This document shows, in pieces, positions 51,453 through 61,476 of a DNA stretch of 64,000 nucleotides. The DNA is from Methanobacteriota archaeon. GTDB taxonomy: Archaea > Halobacteriota > Bog-38 > Methanoflorentales > Methanoflorentaceae. Numbering within the stretch: the first letter of the stretch is position 1; every line of letters starts with the position of its first letter. The translations under genes were made by a program, and so were the position numbers. The notes under the pieces are model-generated. The model was not told where the DNA came from. It saw nothing but the letters and a program-made list of their open reading frames with translations, and ran no database searches. The stretch is from positions 224,001 to 288,000 of the forward strand of contig CAVRAO010000008.1 of the NCBI GenBank assembly GCA_963719035.1. Direction: 5' to 3'.

Positions 51453-52484
51453 GTGAAGGGCTTACGTAAGTGGCTTGCGGTTTCGTTAACTTTCAGCATA
51501 GTCTCAATACTTGCGCTGCTGCTGCTTACGATCACACCAGGCCAACTCCGCAGCCTCATTCAAATCCATCCAGCCTTCTTAGCTGCCGCGTTGATTGTTC
51601 AGCTCTGTTCTTGGCTTGTCTGGAGCGCCCGAATGAAGGTCATGTCAGAAGCACTCGGAGGCGAGGTTCCTTTCAAAAAATCAGTCGAGATAATATTATC
51701 AAATCTGTTTGCCGCGGCAATCACCCCTGGGCACGCTGGCGGGGAAATCACTAGAGTGCAGTTGTTAAGAAGCTGCAACCTCTCTGTGGGGGATGCCTCT
51801 GCTGTCGTTCTAGGAGAGAGAATGTTGGATGCGCTTTTCTTAGGCATAGCTGCGCCGATCGGATTTCTGTTATTTACCAGGTACGTCGAGACCGGTGCAG
51901 GTTTGATAGCCCTTTTTGGCGGTGCGGCCCTAGTTTTCGGTATGCTCTTTTTCATCCTCCTCTACGTCATCGTAAAGCCACGAAAATTGAAGTCTCTCGT
52001 TGGAAAAGCACATTGGTTGTTCGTCAAAGTGCAAGGCGCTGACAAGGCAGACCAGTCTATGCAAAAATTCGTGCGAGAGATTGATGTCTTTCACAATAGC
52101 ACAAAACGGTACCTGAAGGAAGAACGTCAAGCTTTAGCCAAAGGTTTTCTTTTTACGACGGCGTTTTGGCTTCTGCAGTTTTCTATCGCTTCTCTCATCC
52201 TCGTTGGCCTCGGATCATCTCCGTGGATTTTGGCGTCCTTTTCTGCCCAAACAGTCCTGATGATGATCGCCACGATCCCGCTTACCCCGGGAAACAGCGG
52301 CATAGCCGAATTGAGTACTGCTACGATTTATTCGGCCTTCGTAAGCACCTCCGTATTAGGCATCTTTATTCTCGGGTGGAGAGTCGTCACTTATTATCTG
52401 AATATAGTCGTGGGCGGGCTGGTCAGTATAAGGGTCTTACGAGGTCGCGCCGTAGTGGAAGGCGCAGTTGACGGCGTCACCTAA
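51453..52484 (+). CDS. Flippase-like UPF0104/AglD2 family membrane protein
   Basis: ITPG..GGE, ER..D, PLTPG.SG.AE, WR..TYY. Confidence 0.88.
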   Translation: MKGLRKWLAVSLTFSIVSILALLLLTITPGQLRSLIQIHPAFLAAALIVQLCSWLVWSARMKVMSEALGGEVPFKKSVEIILSNLFAAAITPGHAGGEITRVQLLRSCNLSVGDASAVVLGERMLDALFLGIAAPIGFLLFTRYVETGAGLIALFGGAALVFGMLFFILLYVIVKPRKLKSLVGKAHWLFVKVQGADKADQSMQKFVREIDVFHNSTKRYLKEERQALAKGFLFTTAFWLLQFSIASLILVGLGSSPWILASFSAQTVLMMIATIPLTPGNSGIAELSTATIYSAFVSTSVLGIFILGWRVVTYYLNIVVGGLVSIRVLRGRAVVEGAVDGVT

Positions 52485-52499
52485 CGGTATAAAGATGGC

Positions 52500-53171
52500 T
52501 CAATGCATGGGGGCGAGGACCTCCCACTTAATAAGCACACCATCCCCTATTTGACGTATTTGCCTCAGTTTGAGCTTAACGAAGTCAGAGGTCAGGCCAT
52601 CGCCATCGGCGAGCGTCGGCGCTAAACTGCCTCCGATTATGATATTCCCCACATAGGTATAGAGCTCATCGACTAATCCCAAACTCAGAAGGGCGAAATT
52701 GAGCGTTGCGCCGCCTTCAACCAGCACAGAGTCTACCCCTCGATCTTTCAATCTCGCAAGGAGCGCGCCCAGATCCACCTTGCGCTCTCCAACAGCAAGT
52801 ACCTCAGCCTTTGTGCCCAGTTCTTCAACCTTATGACGAGGAGCTTGTTGCGCTACTGCTATTAGCGCGTTTGGCCCCAGAATTGCCGCCGTCGATGGAG
52901 TTCGTGCATTGCTATCAACAACGATTCGTAGCGGATTTTCAGTTCTTCCCTTCGCTACTCGTTCACGCTTGAGCATATCTGACTTAACGGTCAGCTTCGG
53001 ATCATCCGCAAGCACTGTTCCGACTCCCACCATAACCGCATCGGTGCATGCCTTTAACGCATCAACGCGTTGCAAATCCTCTTTTCCAGAGATTCGCACC
53101 TGTTTTCTCGCTACCGTTGAGATCTTCCCGTCAGCACTCATAGCCGAATTAATAATGACAAATGGCCTCAT
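52500..53171 (-). CDS. arfC: 2,5-diamino-6-ribosylamino-4(3H)-pyrimidinone 5'-phosphate reductase
   Basis: AMSADGKI, VG.GTV.ADDP.L, VEGG. Confidence 0.9.
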   Translation of the reverse strand: MRPFVIINSAMSADGKISTVARKQVRISGKEDLQRVDALKACTDAVMVGVGTVLADDPKLTVKSDMLKRERVAKGRTENPLRIVVDSNARTPSTAAILGPNALIAVAQQAPRHKVEELGTKAEVLAVGERKVDLGALLARLKDRGVDSVLVEGGATLNFALLSLGLVDELYTYVGNIIIGGSLAPTLADGDGLTSDFVKLKLRQIRQIGDGVLIKWEVLAPMH

Positions 53172-53232
53172 TGATTCGCCCCAGCTGATGAATGTATATT
53201 AACTTGTGGTTCATATCCTACACGATAACAGC

Positions 53233-53643
53233 ATGCTAAAATACGAGTTTGTTGAGCACACAGCCGATCTCACTTTTAAAGCTTGTGGAAGAGACTTGAA
53301 CAAACTATTCGAGAATGCGGCAGAAGCCCTTGAAAGCACGCTTATTATGCTTGAAGGCGTGGCGCTTAGAGAGACTACCACAATCGAGATGACTTCCGAC
53401 AGTTGTGAGGACTTGCTTTACGATTGGCTTGTTGAGCTTCTCGTTACGTTCGAAGTCAATCGCTTTGCCGTTAAAAAGTGTATCGTTAATATCGCTGGTT
53501 TATCATTGAATGCGGAGTGCTGGGGCGAGCGAATCGATCCTACCAAACACACGTTAAACACGGAAGTGAAAGCGGTGACATATCACAACCTACAAATAAA
53601 GAAGAATAACGTCTACCACGCAGAAATAACGCTCGACGTATAG
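53233..53643 (+). CDS. Archease
   Basis: EHTAD, VKAVTYH, terminal LDV. Confidence 0.95.
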   Translation: MLKYEFVEHTADLTFKACGRDLNKLFENAAEALESTLIMLEGVALRETTTIEMTSDSCEDLLYDWLVELLVTFEVNRFAVKKCIVNIAGLSLNAECWGERIDPTKHTLNTEVKAVTYHNLQIKKNNVYHAEITLDV

Positions 53644-53651
53644 GAGGTTTA

Positions 53652-55064
53652 ATGACGCTCGCAGAATTGCGAAGGGAAGGCGAGTACATTTGGGAAGTGC
53701 CAGAGGGTACCGTGCCAGGAATGCGCGTCCCTGGGCGAATCTTCTTATCAGACAAGCTTATTAAATACCTCGAGCCTGGAGCGATCCAACAGGTAGCTAA
53801 TGTTGCGACTCTTCCTGGGATCCAGAAATGGTCACTAGCGATGCCAGATGTGCACACCGGGTATGGCTTCCCCATTGGCGGTGTTGCTGCTTTTGATGCT
53901 ACCGAAGGTGTATTATCCCCAGGAGGGGTCGGTTTCGATATAAACTGCGGGACTAGGCTTTTAGCAACGACGCTATTTAAGGAAGAAATTGAACAAAGAA
54001 TTGATGAATTCCTAACAGCTTTATTTCAAGCGATTCCCTCAGGACTCGGTTCGAAAGGACCGCTACGGCTCTCCGAAACGGAGCTAGACAACGTATTTTC
54101 TAGCGGTGCAAAATGGGCCGTCAATCATGGATACGGAGACGCTCCAGATCTTACACATTGCGAGAGCGATGGGTGTTTGGATGGTGCCGATCCCTCAACA
54201 GTGAGCCCGCTGGCGAAGAAAAGAGGCAAGCCGCAACTTGGGAGTTTAGGAAGCGGAAATCATTTCTTAGAGATTCAATACGTCGATCAGATTTGTGAGA
54301 GGCAAGCCGCGAACTTGTTTGGTTTGAAAGAAGAACAAGTTTGTATCATGCTTCATTCAGGGTCACGAGGAGCTGGCCACCAAATCTGCACAGACTACTT
54401 GAAAGTGTTTCAAGGGGCGAGCCGCAAGTATGACATCAAACTTCCTGATAAGCAACTTGCTTGTGTTCCTGCAGAGTCGCCAGAAGGTCGAAATTATTTC
54501 GGCGCCATGGCGGCAGCTGCAAACTATGCGTGGACAAATAGACAAATGATGTCTTTTTGGGTGCGAAATGTCGTTGAACAGAAGTTTGGCGCAACTGCAA
54601 CCCTCGTTTACGATGTTGCACACAATATCGCTAAGCTTGAAAGACATTCCGTTGGGGAAGCGCGTAAGGAAGTGTATGTGCACCGCAAAGGCGCTACAAG
54701 GGCATTCGACAAGGACTCGAGTTACGGAATTGGGCAACCAGTGCTCATCCCTGGCAGTATGGGAACCGCTTCATACGTCCTACAAGGCACAAAAAAAGCA
54801 ATGGCCGCTTCTTTCGGTTCAACTTGCCATGGAGCAGGCCGTGTTCTCAGCCGCAAGGCCGCAAAAAGCTCACTGACTTGGAAAGCAGTTACAGAAAACC
54901 TGAAGCAAAAACATATCACAATAAAAACGGATCATTTGTCGGCTGTGCCTGAGGAGGCACCGGAAGCGTACAAGCCAATAGATGATGTCATTGAAGTCGT
55001 CTCTAAGCTCGGCATTTCGAAAACCGTTGCACGGCTCGTCCCTATAGGTGTCATCAAGGGGTAA
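53652..55064 (+). CDS. rtcB: tRNA-splicing ligase RtcB
   Basis: MPDVH.GYGFPIG, DINCG, GSGNHF, HNIA, HGAGR, EAPEAYK. Confidence 0.97.
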   Translation: MTLAELRREGEYIWEVPEGTVPGMRVPGRIFLSDKLIKYLEPGAIQQVANVATLPGIQKWSLAMPDVHTGYGFPIGGVAAFDATEGVLSPGGVGFDINCGTRLLATTLFKEEIEQRIDEFLTALFQAIPSGLGSKGPLRLSETELDNVFSSGAKWAVNHGYGDAPDLTHCESDGCLDGADPSTVSPLAKKRGKPQLGSLGSGNHFLEIQYVDQICERQAANLFGLKEEQVCIMLHSGSRGAGHQICTDYLKVFQGASRKYDIKLPDKQLACVPAESPEGRNYFGAMAAAANYAWTNRQMMSFWVRNVVEQKFGATATLVYDVAHNIAKLERHSVGEARKEVYVHRKGATRAFDKDSSYGIGQPVLIPGSMGTASYVLQGTKKAMAASFGSTCHGAGRVLSRKAAKSSLTWKAVTENLKQKHITIKTDHLSAVPEEAPEAYKPIDDVIEVVSKLGISKTVARLVPIGVIKG

Positions 55065-55134
55065 CGAGCAATCGCTGCGCTTATGCCGGTCAAATTCGAC
55101 TAGAACTTTACCAAAGATCTCGAAACACGTTCAG

Positions 55135-55147
55135 CGATAATTTTATG
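55135..55147 (+). promoter_or_regulatory. BRE/TATA promoter of SRP RNA
   Basis: CGATAA-TTTTAT ~25 nt upstream of the RNA 5' end. Confidence 0.6.
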
Positions 55148-55170
55148 GATGATTGTGGTCACATACTAGC

Positions 55171-55477
55171 TGGGCTAGCTTGGATGGCTCGGCGTCATCT
55201 GTGACCCAAAAACGTCGATAAGTGGGGAGCGAAGCAGAAGGAAGGCATTTTGACAGTTTGACCATCTAACAATTCAGACGATGAAATTCCGTCCTGCGGG
55301 GTCAACGGCAGTATACCACTGATTGGAGAACCAGGGATATACGCTTACCGTGAGCACCGGTTCAGGCCCGGAAGGGAGCAAACCTATTGCGGACGCGTGA
55401 CGCTCGGAGGGGTGCGGGATAGAGAATGAGTTGGGAGCTCTGACAAGCTGCGAAGTGACGACCTTTCTGTGCGCCCA
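55171..55477 (+). ncRNA. ffs: Archaeal SRP (7S) RNA
   Basis: Helix 8 GGTTCAGGCCCGGAAGGGAGCAAACC; helix 6 GAGA tetraloop; terminal TGGGC/GCCCA; ~307 nt. Confidence 0.92.
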
Positions 55478-55486
55478 TATAGCATT

Positions 55487-55573
55487 GTTGGGGTAGCCAA
55501 GCTTGGTCTACGGCGCTGGTTTGCTAAACCAGTGTCCCTCCGGGACTCGTGGGTTCAAATCCCACCCCCAGCG
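55487..55573 (+). tRNA. tRNA-Ser(GCT)
   Basis: CTGGT-TTGCTAA-ACCAG; long variable arm; G discriminator. Confidence 0.95.
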
Positions 55574-55650
55574 CTTTCTGCGCGCTCCATTTCGGCTCTG
55601 CTGCAGCGCTCCTTCGAGCTATCGCAAAAAAGGCGCACCTAACGTGCCTA

Positions 55651-55660
55651 CTTATAAATA
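55651..55660 (+). promoter_or_regulatory. TATA box of the rps13 operon
   Basis: CTTATAAATA ~40 nt before the start; GAGGT SD at 55688. Confidence 0.55.
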
Positions 55661-55698
55661 CGATGATAGGTTAAAAACCACACACACGAGGTATTAAT

Positions 55699-56169
55699 GT
55701 GCCCAAGGGTGACACGGAATCGGCTGAACACGAGATTAAATATATAGTTAGAATCGCCCAAACAGACCTGGATGGCAAAAAAGCAGTTCAGTATGCACTC
55801 ACAGGATTGAAAGGCGTGGGGATACGGACAGCGCGGATTCTGACTCAACGCGCCAGCATAGACCCTAACGCCAGTATGGGTTATTTGGATGACGAACAAG
55901 TTGAACGGTTAAGGGAATCAGTTGCTAACTTTAATCAGAACGTTCCTGCGTGGATGTTTAACTATCGAAAAAATCCCGTTACTGGCGAGAACCAACACCT
56001 GCTTGGGCCTCAAGTGGAGTTGACGCTTCGAGAGACTCTCAATCGAATGAAAAAGACGCGAAGCTATACTGGCATTCGCCACGAACGGGGACACAAAGTC
56101 CGCGGGCAGAGAACCAAATCGACGGGAAGGAGAGGTGCCACCGTCGGCGTCCAGCGTAAGAAACGCTAG
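55699..56169 (+). CDS. rps13: 30S ribosomal protein S13
   Basis: ALTGLKGVG, GIRH.RG.KVRGQRT. Confidence 0.97.
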   Translation: MPKGDTESAEHEIKYIVRIAQTDLDGKKAVQYALTGLKGVGIRTARILTQRASIDPNASMGYLDDEQVERLRESVANFNQNVPAWMFNYRKNPVTGENQHLLGPQVELTLRETLNRMKKTRSYTGIRHERGHKVRGQRTKSTGRRGATVGVQRKKR

Positions 56170-56186
56170 TCTAAAAGGTGCGATTT

Positions 56187-56729
56187 ATGGGGTATCCAGG
56201 GAAAAGCAGAAAAGCGTTTGACACGCCACGTCACCCATGGCAGGGAGCAAGAATCAGCGAAGAAGCTGAGGTCGTAAAGACGTTCGGGTTGAAGAACAAA
56301 AGAGAGGTCTGGAAAGTCGCCACGACATTGAGGAAATATAGGCGCGAGGCACGACAATTGCTCTTCGACATTCAAGAGGTAGGCGAGCGCGGTGAGCACG
56401 CCAAGTTTGAAACGGAGAAATTCCTCGACAGATTAAGACGCATAGGGCTCATCAAATATGACTCTACGTTGGATGACGTGCTTACGCTAGCAAACGAGGA
56501 TTTAATGGAAAGGCGACTGCAAACACAGGTGCAGAAGCAAGGTCTTGCCAATTCAGCGAAGCAAGCGAGGCAACTTGTTGTTCACGGACATATAGCGGTG
56601 GCAGGACGAAGAGTCACTGTCCCCAGCTATATCCTGTCAACAAATGAGCAGGAACTGATTGGGTACTACGAGGGGTCGCCGCTACGACAGGTTGGCGATT
56701 CCGAAAAGCAAATGAGCAACGGAGGGTGA
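56187..56729 (+). CDS. rps4: 30S ribosomal protein S4
   Basis: GLKNKREVW, ERRLQT, ARQLVVHGH. Confidence 0.97.
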   Translation: MGYPGKSRKAFDTPRHPWQGARISEEAEVVKTFGLKNKREVWKVATTLRKYRREARQLLFDIQEVGERGEHAKFETEKFLDRLRRIGLIKYDSTLDDVLTLANEDLMERRLQTQVQKQGLANSAKQARQLVVHGHIAVAGRRVTVPSYILSTNEQELIGYYEGSPLRQVGDSEKQMSNGG

Positions 56730-56737
56730 TGTGAATC

Positions 56738-57127
56738 ATGGCTGAGAGAAAGTGGGGAATAGCGCATATCTTTGCGTCGTTTAACAATACGATCATCACC
56801 ATCACAGATTTAAGCGGCGCGGAGACGATTGCCAAATCCTCAGGTGGCATGGTAGTAAAGCAAGATCGTAACGAAAGTTCACCGTACGCCGCCATGCAGC
56901 TTGCTACGAGCGCAGCTGAACAGGCACTCGATAAAGGGGTGATGGGCGTACACGTAAGAGTTAGAGCACCGGGCGGAAACGGACAGCGAAGCCCGGGTCC
57001 CGGAGCGCAAGCTTCGATTAGAGCACTCTCAAGAGCTGGATTAAAAATAGGGAGAATAGAAGATGTAACCCCCATTCCTCACGATGGCACTCGATCACCC
57101 GGAGGACGACGGGGACGCAGGATCTAG
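56738..57127 (+). CDS. rps11: 30S ribosomal protein S11
   Basis: [22 protein letters not shown]. Confidence 0.97.
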   Translation: MAERKWGIAHIFASFNNTIITITDLSGAETIAKSSGGMVVKQDRNESSPYAAMQLATSAAEQALDKGVMGVHVRVRAPGGNGQRSPGPGAQASIRALSRAGLKIGRIEDVTPIPHDGTRSPGGRRGRRI

Positions 57128-57143
57128 AAACTTCGCGTACACC

Positions 57144-57929
57144 ATGGATTTGAAATTCCTCGAGCTTACAGACAGACAAGCGCGGTTCATAATCTCAGGC
57201 ACAACACCAGCGTTTGTGAACAGCATTAGACGAAGCTTGATAGCTGACATCCAATCGATGTCGATTGATGATGTGAACTTCTACAACAATACGTCTGTCC
57301 TCTTCGACGAGATGTTGGCACTTCGCTTAGGACTTATCCCGCTCACAGGAGGGGAACACTATATGTCTCAGTCAGAGTGTTCGTGCGAAGGAGAAGGGTG
57401 TTTTCAGTGTCAAGTATCCTTGACGCTAAACTTGCAAGGGCCGGCTACAGTCTATTCAAGGGATTTGACGTCGGCCGACGCCGAAGTGGTTCCCGCAGAC
57501 GGCAACATACCCATCATTAAACTATTCAAGGATCAAGAATTGATGCTTGAAGCAATTGCACGAAAAGGTCGTTCCAAAACGCACGCGAAATTCCAGTCTG
57601 CAATCGCCACAAGTTACAAGTATTTGCCAAAGTTTGCTATACAGGAATGCAACGGATGCAAGGAGTGTGTGGAAGCATGCCCGAAGCGCATCTTAAGATA
57701 TGAAGATGGATCGGTGCACGTTACCGACGAGCTTCAATGCACCCTCTGCAATTTGTGCGTTGAGGCGTGTGAAGCTGGAGCGATTACAGTAACTGGTGAT
57801 CCGCAATCCTTTGTGTTTTATACGGAGTCAGACGGTTCAATGAGCTGCAAAGATCTATTGCTTCGTTCAGTTGAGTCTTTGATGAAGACGGCGAGCGAAT
57901 TAGCAGAGTTTCTAGGAACGTTTGGTTAG
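57144..57929 (+). CDS. rpoD: RNA polymerase subunit D (Rpo3) with ferredoxin-like domain
   Basis: NSIRR, DEMLALRLGLIP, HAKF; two CxxCxxCxxxC motifs. Confidence 0.96.
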   Translation: MDLKFLELTDRQARFIISGTTPAFVNSIRRSLIADIQSMSIDDVNFYNNTSVLFDEMLALRLGLIPLTGGEHYMSQSECSCEGEGCFQCQVSLTLNLQGPATVYSRDLTSADAEVVPADGNIPIIKLFKDQELMLEAIARKGRSKTHAKFQSAIATSYKYLPKFAIQECNGCKECVEACPKRILRYEDGSVHVTDELQCTLCNLCVEACEAGAITVTGDPQSFVFYTESDGSMSCKDLLLRSVESLMKTASELAEFLGTFG

Positions 57930-58013
57930 CGGGGGTTGCCAAGCTAGGTCAAAGGCGCTAGGTTGAGGGCCTAGTCTCACAGGAGTTCGTGCGTTCAAAT
58001 CGCACCCCCCGCA
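57929..58013 (+). tRNA. tRNA-Leu(GAG)
   Basis: GCGGGGG/CCCCCGC; CTAGG-TTGAGGG-CCTAG; long variable arm. Confidence 0.95.
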
Positions 58014-58045
58014 TTTGTGATCAAAGATGCCCAATAGGAGATAGC

Positions 58046-58414
58046 ATGGCAAAGCAAAAAACAGAGAAGGCCAACCCCCAGTTGAAACCGCTGATAGAGA
58101 AGCTGAAAGCGTACGCGAGAGAGCATCAAGCAGATGTTTGGAAGGAGGTCGCTAGAAGGTTGGAAGCGCCTTCTAGCAACTATGCAAAAGTAAATTTGAG
58201 TCGCCTTAACCGACATACGAATTCGGGCGACGTCGTCATAATCCCAGGCAAGGTCCTTGGCGCTGGGTCAATAGATCACCCTATATCTGTTGGCGCGCTC
58301 AATTTCAGCGCTAACGCACGATTTAAACTCCTTGCAGCTTCAGGAACTGTTATGACGATCGACGAGATCCTCAACGGATCTCCAAAAGGCAGCAATGTAA
58401 AGATTATGCGATGA
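58046..58414 (+). CDS. rpl18e: 50S ribosomal protein L18e
   Basis: VNLSRL, PGKVLGAG. Confidence 0.95.
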   Translation: MAKQKTEKANPQLKPLIEKLKAYAREHQADVWKEVARRLEAPSSNYAKVNLSRLNRHTNSGDVVIIPGKVLGAGSIDHPISVGALNFSANARFKLLAASGTVMTIDEILNGSPKGSNVKIMR

Positions 58415-58438
58415 TATATATGTAGGAGTGGTGAATTT

Positions 58439-58867
58439 GTGACAGTAATCGATGCTAACGGTTTAATACTCGGGCGTCTCGCAGGCATAGTAGCTCATAG
58501 GTTGTTGTCAGGAGAACAGATCGATATCATTAATGCAGAAAAAGCGGTCGTCTCAGGGTCGCCAGAAACTACGGTCTCAAAGTACCAGACGATGCGTAGA
58601 AAAGGTTCGAAAGAAAGAGGACCATATTACCCCAAACGTTCAGATATGATTTTACGGCGGACCATTCGAGGAATGTTGCCTTATAAGAAAGCCCTTGGCA
58701 AGACGGCATTCGGTCGACTTCGCGTGTATATGGGTACGCCAAAAGAGCTAGAAGACGTAGATGCAGAAACGCTTAACAGCGCGCATAAATCGAGGTTAAG
58801 CACTATTAAAGTCACTGACTTAGAGAAGATTTCCCGACGACTGGGGGCGAAAAATCGGGTGAGATAA
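58439..58867 (+). CDS. rpl13: 50S ribosomal protein L13
   Basis: ILGRLA, NAEKA, RRTIRGMLP. Confidence 0.96.
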   Translation: MTVIDANGLILGRLAGIVAHRLLSGEQIDIINAEKAVVSGSPETTVSKYQTMRRKGSKERGPYYPKRSDMILRRTIRGMLPYKKALGKTAFGRLRVYMGTPKELEDVDAETLNSAHKSRLSTIKVTDLEKISRRLGAKNRVR

Positions 58868-59272
58868 TTGGCGAAAAAAACGATTAGTTCAAGTGGAAAA
58901 CGCAAAACCTCAATAGCGCGAGCTTCATTTAAAGAAGGAATCGGCGTTGTACGGATCAACAAGCAACTTTTAGACGTCGTTGAGCCAGCGCTTGTACGAG
59001 AGAAGATTCAACAACCGCTAACTCTCGCCGGTGACCTCGCAAAACGACTAAATATATCGGTGACCATTCGGGGTGGCGGAGTGATGGGACAGGCAGATGC
59101 AGCACGAACAGCAATCGCCCGGGGGTTAATCGACTGGACAAACGACCTAAGTTTGAAGGATCTTTTCCTCAAACAAGATCGTTCTTTGCTCGTCAACGAT
59201 TACCGACAGAAAGAACCGAAGAAATTTGGCGGCAAAGGGGCACGCGCGCGGCGACAAAAATCCTATAGATAA
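58868..59272 (+). CDS. rps9: 30S ribosomal protein S9
   Basis: GKRKT..ARA, GGG..GQA, QKSYR. Confidence 0.97.
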   Translation: MAKKTISSSGKRKTSIARASFKEGIGVVRINKQLLDVVEPALVREKIQQPLTLAGDLAKRLNISVTIRGGGVMGQADAARTAIARGLIDWTNDLSLKDLFLKQDRSLLVNDYRQKEPKKFGGKGARARRQKSYR

Positions 59273-59283
59273 CAAGGCAAACG

Positions 59284-59472
59284 ATGATACCCGTAAGATG
59301 CTTCACATGTGGCGCGGTGATATCCAAACACTGGGATGAATATAAAGACAGGATAAGTGCCGGGGAAGACAAAAAGTCGGTGCTCGACGATCTGGGCGTA
59401 AAGCGATATTGTTGTCGCAGGATGCTCCTAACACACAAGGAACTTGTTGATATTTTTGCTCCGTATCAATGA
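59284..59472 (+). CDS. rpoN: RNA polymerase subunit N (Rpo10)
   Basis: [15 protein letters not shown]. Confidence 0.97.
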   Translation: MIPVRCFTCGAVISKHWDEYKDRISAGEDKKSVLDDLGVKRYCCRRMLLTHKELVDIFAPYQ

Positions 59473-59475
59473 TAA

Positions 59476-59549
59476 GGGGTTGTGGGGTAGCCTGGATATC
59501 CTACGGCGTTCGGGACGCCGTAACCTGAGTTCGAATCTCAGCAACCCCA
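59476..59549 (+). tRNA. tRNA-Pro(CGG)
   Basis: GGGGTTG/CAACCCC; CGGCG-TTCGGGA-CGCCG. Confidence 0.95.
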
Positions 59550-59578
59550 TGCAGAGGCCCTAGAAAGGAGGAGAGTCG

Positions 59579-59770
59579 TTGAAAGAAGTTGTTGAAGAAC
59601 TTACTCGTTATGAAAGGGCCAGAATCATCGGGGCGCGCGCTTTGCAGATTTCCATGGGCGCTCCAACGTTGATTGAGTCTAACACAACAGATCCAATCGA
59701 CATGGCGCTTGATGAGCTCAAGAAAGGGGTCATTCCAATAACAATTAAGCGCCGCGGGACCCCGAAATGA
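59579..59770 (+). CDS. rpoK: RNA polymerase subunit K (Rpo6)
   Basis: [16 protein letters not shown]. Confidence 0.97.
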   Translation: MKEVVEELTRYERARIIGARALQISMGAPTLIESNTTDPIDMALDELKKGVIPITIKRRGTPK

Positions 59771-60855
59771 ACTTGATCGAAGCAGTATCAGTCAGCAAGA
59801 TATTTGATGTAAACTCGACAGATGCAATAGAAGTGGAGATAGTGACGACCAGCGGCTACGGTCGATGCTCTTATCCGGCCCCAAGCGACGCAGTCAAAAA
59901 AGCACGAGAACAAGTTTCCGCGCTTATCGGTTCAGAAGTGAATCAGCAGGTAGAAATCGACGAGTTACTCAAAGAACTCTTTTCGTTGTCCAATATGAGC
60001 ATGGCGTTTTCGGTTGCCGTGGCTAATGCAGCAGCGGCTTCCCTAGGAATGCCGCTGTATCGTTACATGGGTGGCCTTTCAGCCAATTCTATGCCCTACC
60101 CTTTGATGAAGATCTTTAGCGCAGAAGTTGATTATTTCGCCGTTCCTACAGGAGCAGGTTCATTTGCGAACGCAATTGCTGCTTCGGTTAGCGCCTATCG
60201 TGAGTTTAACAAATCAAAAATGCCAAGCTATCCCACTCAACTCGACATTTTAAGTCGGTTGAGTATGATCACAGAAGGAATTAGCAGAAGATTTGGGTTC
60301 GATGTGAAGCTAGGTGTTGATTTCAAAGCATCGAAACAGGCCCAAAATACGCTCAGTTTCAATGAACAAGGCCAAATGATGGCAAATGATAGATTAGAAC
60401 ATATTCTGACCCTCGCCACTCAATACGGTCTTTACTTCATTGAAGACCCATTCAACGAAGCAGAATATGAATTTCAGAGTCAGTTGGCCGATGAGCTTCG
60501 GGCGACGTGTCTCATAGCATCTGGGCAGAATCACGATAAAGGCGTTACTGGCTCAAACGTCGTCAGTAGCGATGGAAGGGCGAATCTAGCATTGATCGTA
60601 CCAACGAAAACAGTTTCGAGCGTTTTTGAGAATTATGCCAGTGAGAAGGCTAAAGGACACAGCTGTGCGTTGCTCACCGACAATTCAACGACCTGCGAAG
60701 CATCAACTTCACACGTCGCAGTTGCATTGTCTGCCCCCTTCATTAAGCTGAGCGTTAAAGGCAGGCAGAGCACAGCAAAAACGAATGAACTTATACGCAT
60801 AGAACAAGAATTATTTGAAGGAAAAAACTATAGAATGGCAACTAAACCGATTTAA
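59767..60855 (+). CDS. Degenerate enolase-like protein (catalytic motifs lost)
   Basis: Syntenic eno position; retains PLYRY.GG, EDPF, K.NELIRIE; lacks DSRG, SGAS, GDD, catalytic Lys, SHRS. Confidence 0.85.
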   Translation: MNLIEAVSVSKIFDVNSTDAIEVEIVTTSGYGRCSYPAPSDAVKKAREQVSALIGSEVNQQVEIDELLKELFSLSNMSMAFSVAVANAAAASLGMPLYRYMGGLSANSMPYPLMKIFSAEVDYFAVPTGAGSFANAIAASVSAYREFNKSKMPSYPTQLDILSRLSMITEGISRRFGFDVKLGVDFKASKQAQNTLSFNEQGQMMANDRLEHILTLATQYGLYFIEDPFNEAEYEFQSQLADELRATCLIASGQNHDKGVTGSNVVSSDGRANLALIVPTKTVSSVFENYASEKAKGHSCALLTDNSTTCEASTSHVAVALSAPFIKLSVKGRQSTAKTNELIRIEQELFEGKNYRMATKPI

Positions 60856-60869
60856 CAAGAGGTTGAGCG

Positions 60870-61467
60870 ATGGAAGAAGTCACGGAATACGAATCACTCA
60901 TACCGGTGGACGAGTACCTAGCCGCTGGGGTCCATATTGGCACTCAGCAAAAAACAGAGGACATGAAGCGTTTTGTTTACCGCGTCCGAGCAGATGGGCT
61001 TTACGTACTGGATGTCAAGGCTACAGACGACCGAATAAAAACTGCAGCTAAGTTTCTCAGCAAATTCGACCCAGCACGTACACTGGTAGTTTCGGCACGA
61101 CAATACGGCCAATTCCCGGCAACGATGTTTGCCAAAGTGATAGGGGCAAAATCAATGGTAGGACGCTTTATTCCGGGCACGCTTACAAATCCTGAGGTAC
61201 AGGGACTTTGTAGAGCCTGATGTAGTGGTTGTCACAGACCCTATCGGAGACTTACAGGCAGTCAAGGAGGCCGTCGACATTGGAGTTCCGGTAGTCGCAA
61301 TGTGCGACACAAATAACATGACGATGCATATTGACGTCGTTATTCCGACCAACAACAAAGGGCGGAAAGCCTTAGCACTCATCTATTGGCTACTTGCACA
61401 GGAGATTACTAAGCTTCGCGGCCAACCGATGGACTACGTCGTAACCGATTTCGAAATCGAAATTTAA
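60870..61467 (+). CDS. rps2: 30S ribosomal protein S2; +1 frameshift at ~61197
   Basis: [26 protein letters not shown]; removing one G restores [13 protein letters not shown]. Confidence 0.93.
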
Positions 61468-61476
61468 AGAGCACTA

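Noticed and set aside
57600-57790. Two Fe-S motifs in RpoD
   Set aside because: Already known for RpoD in methanogens and other archaea
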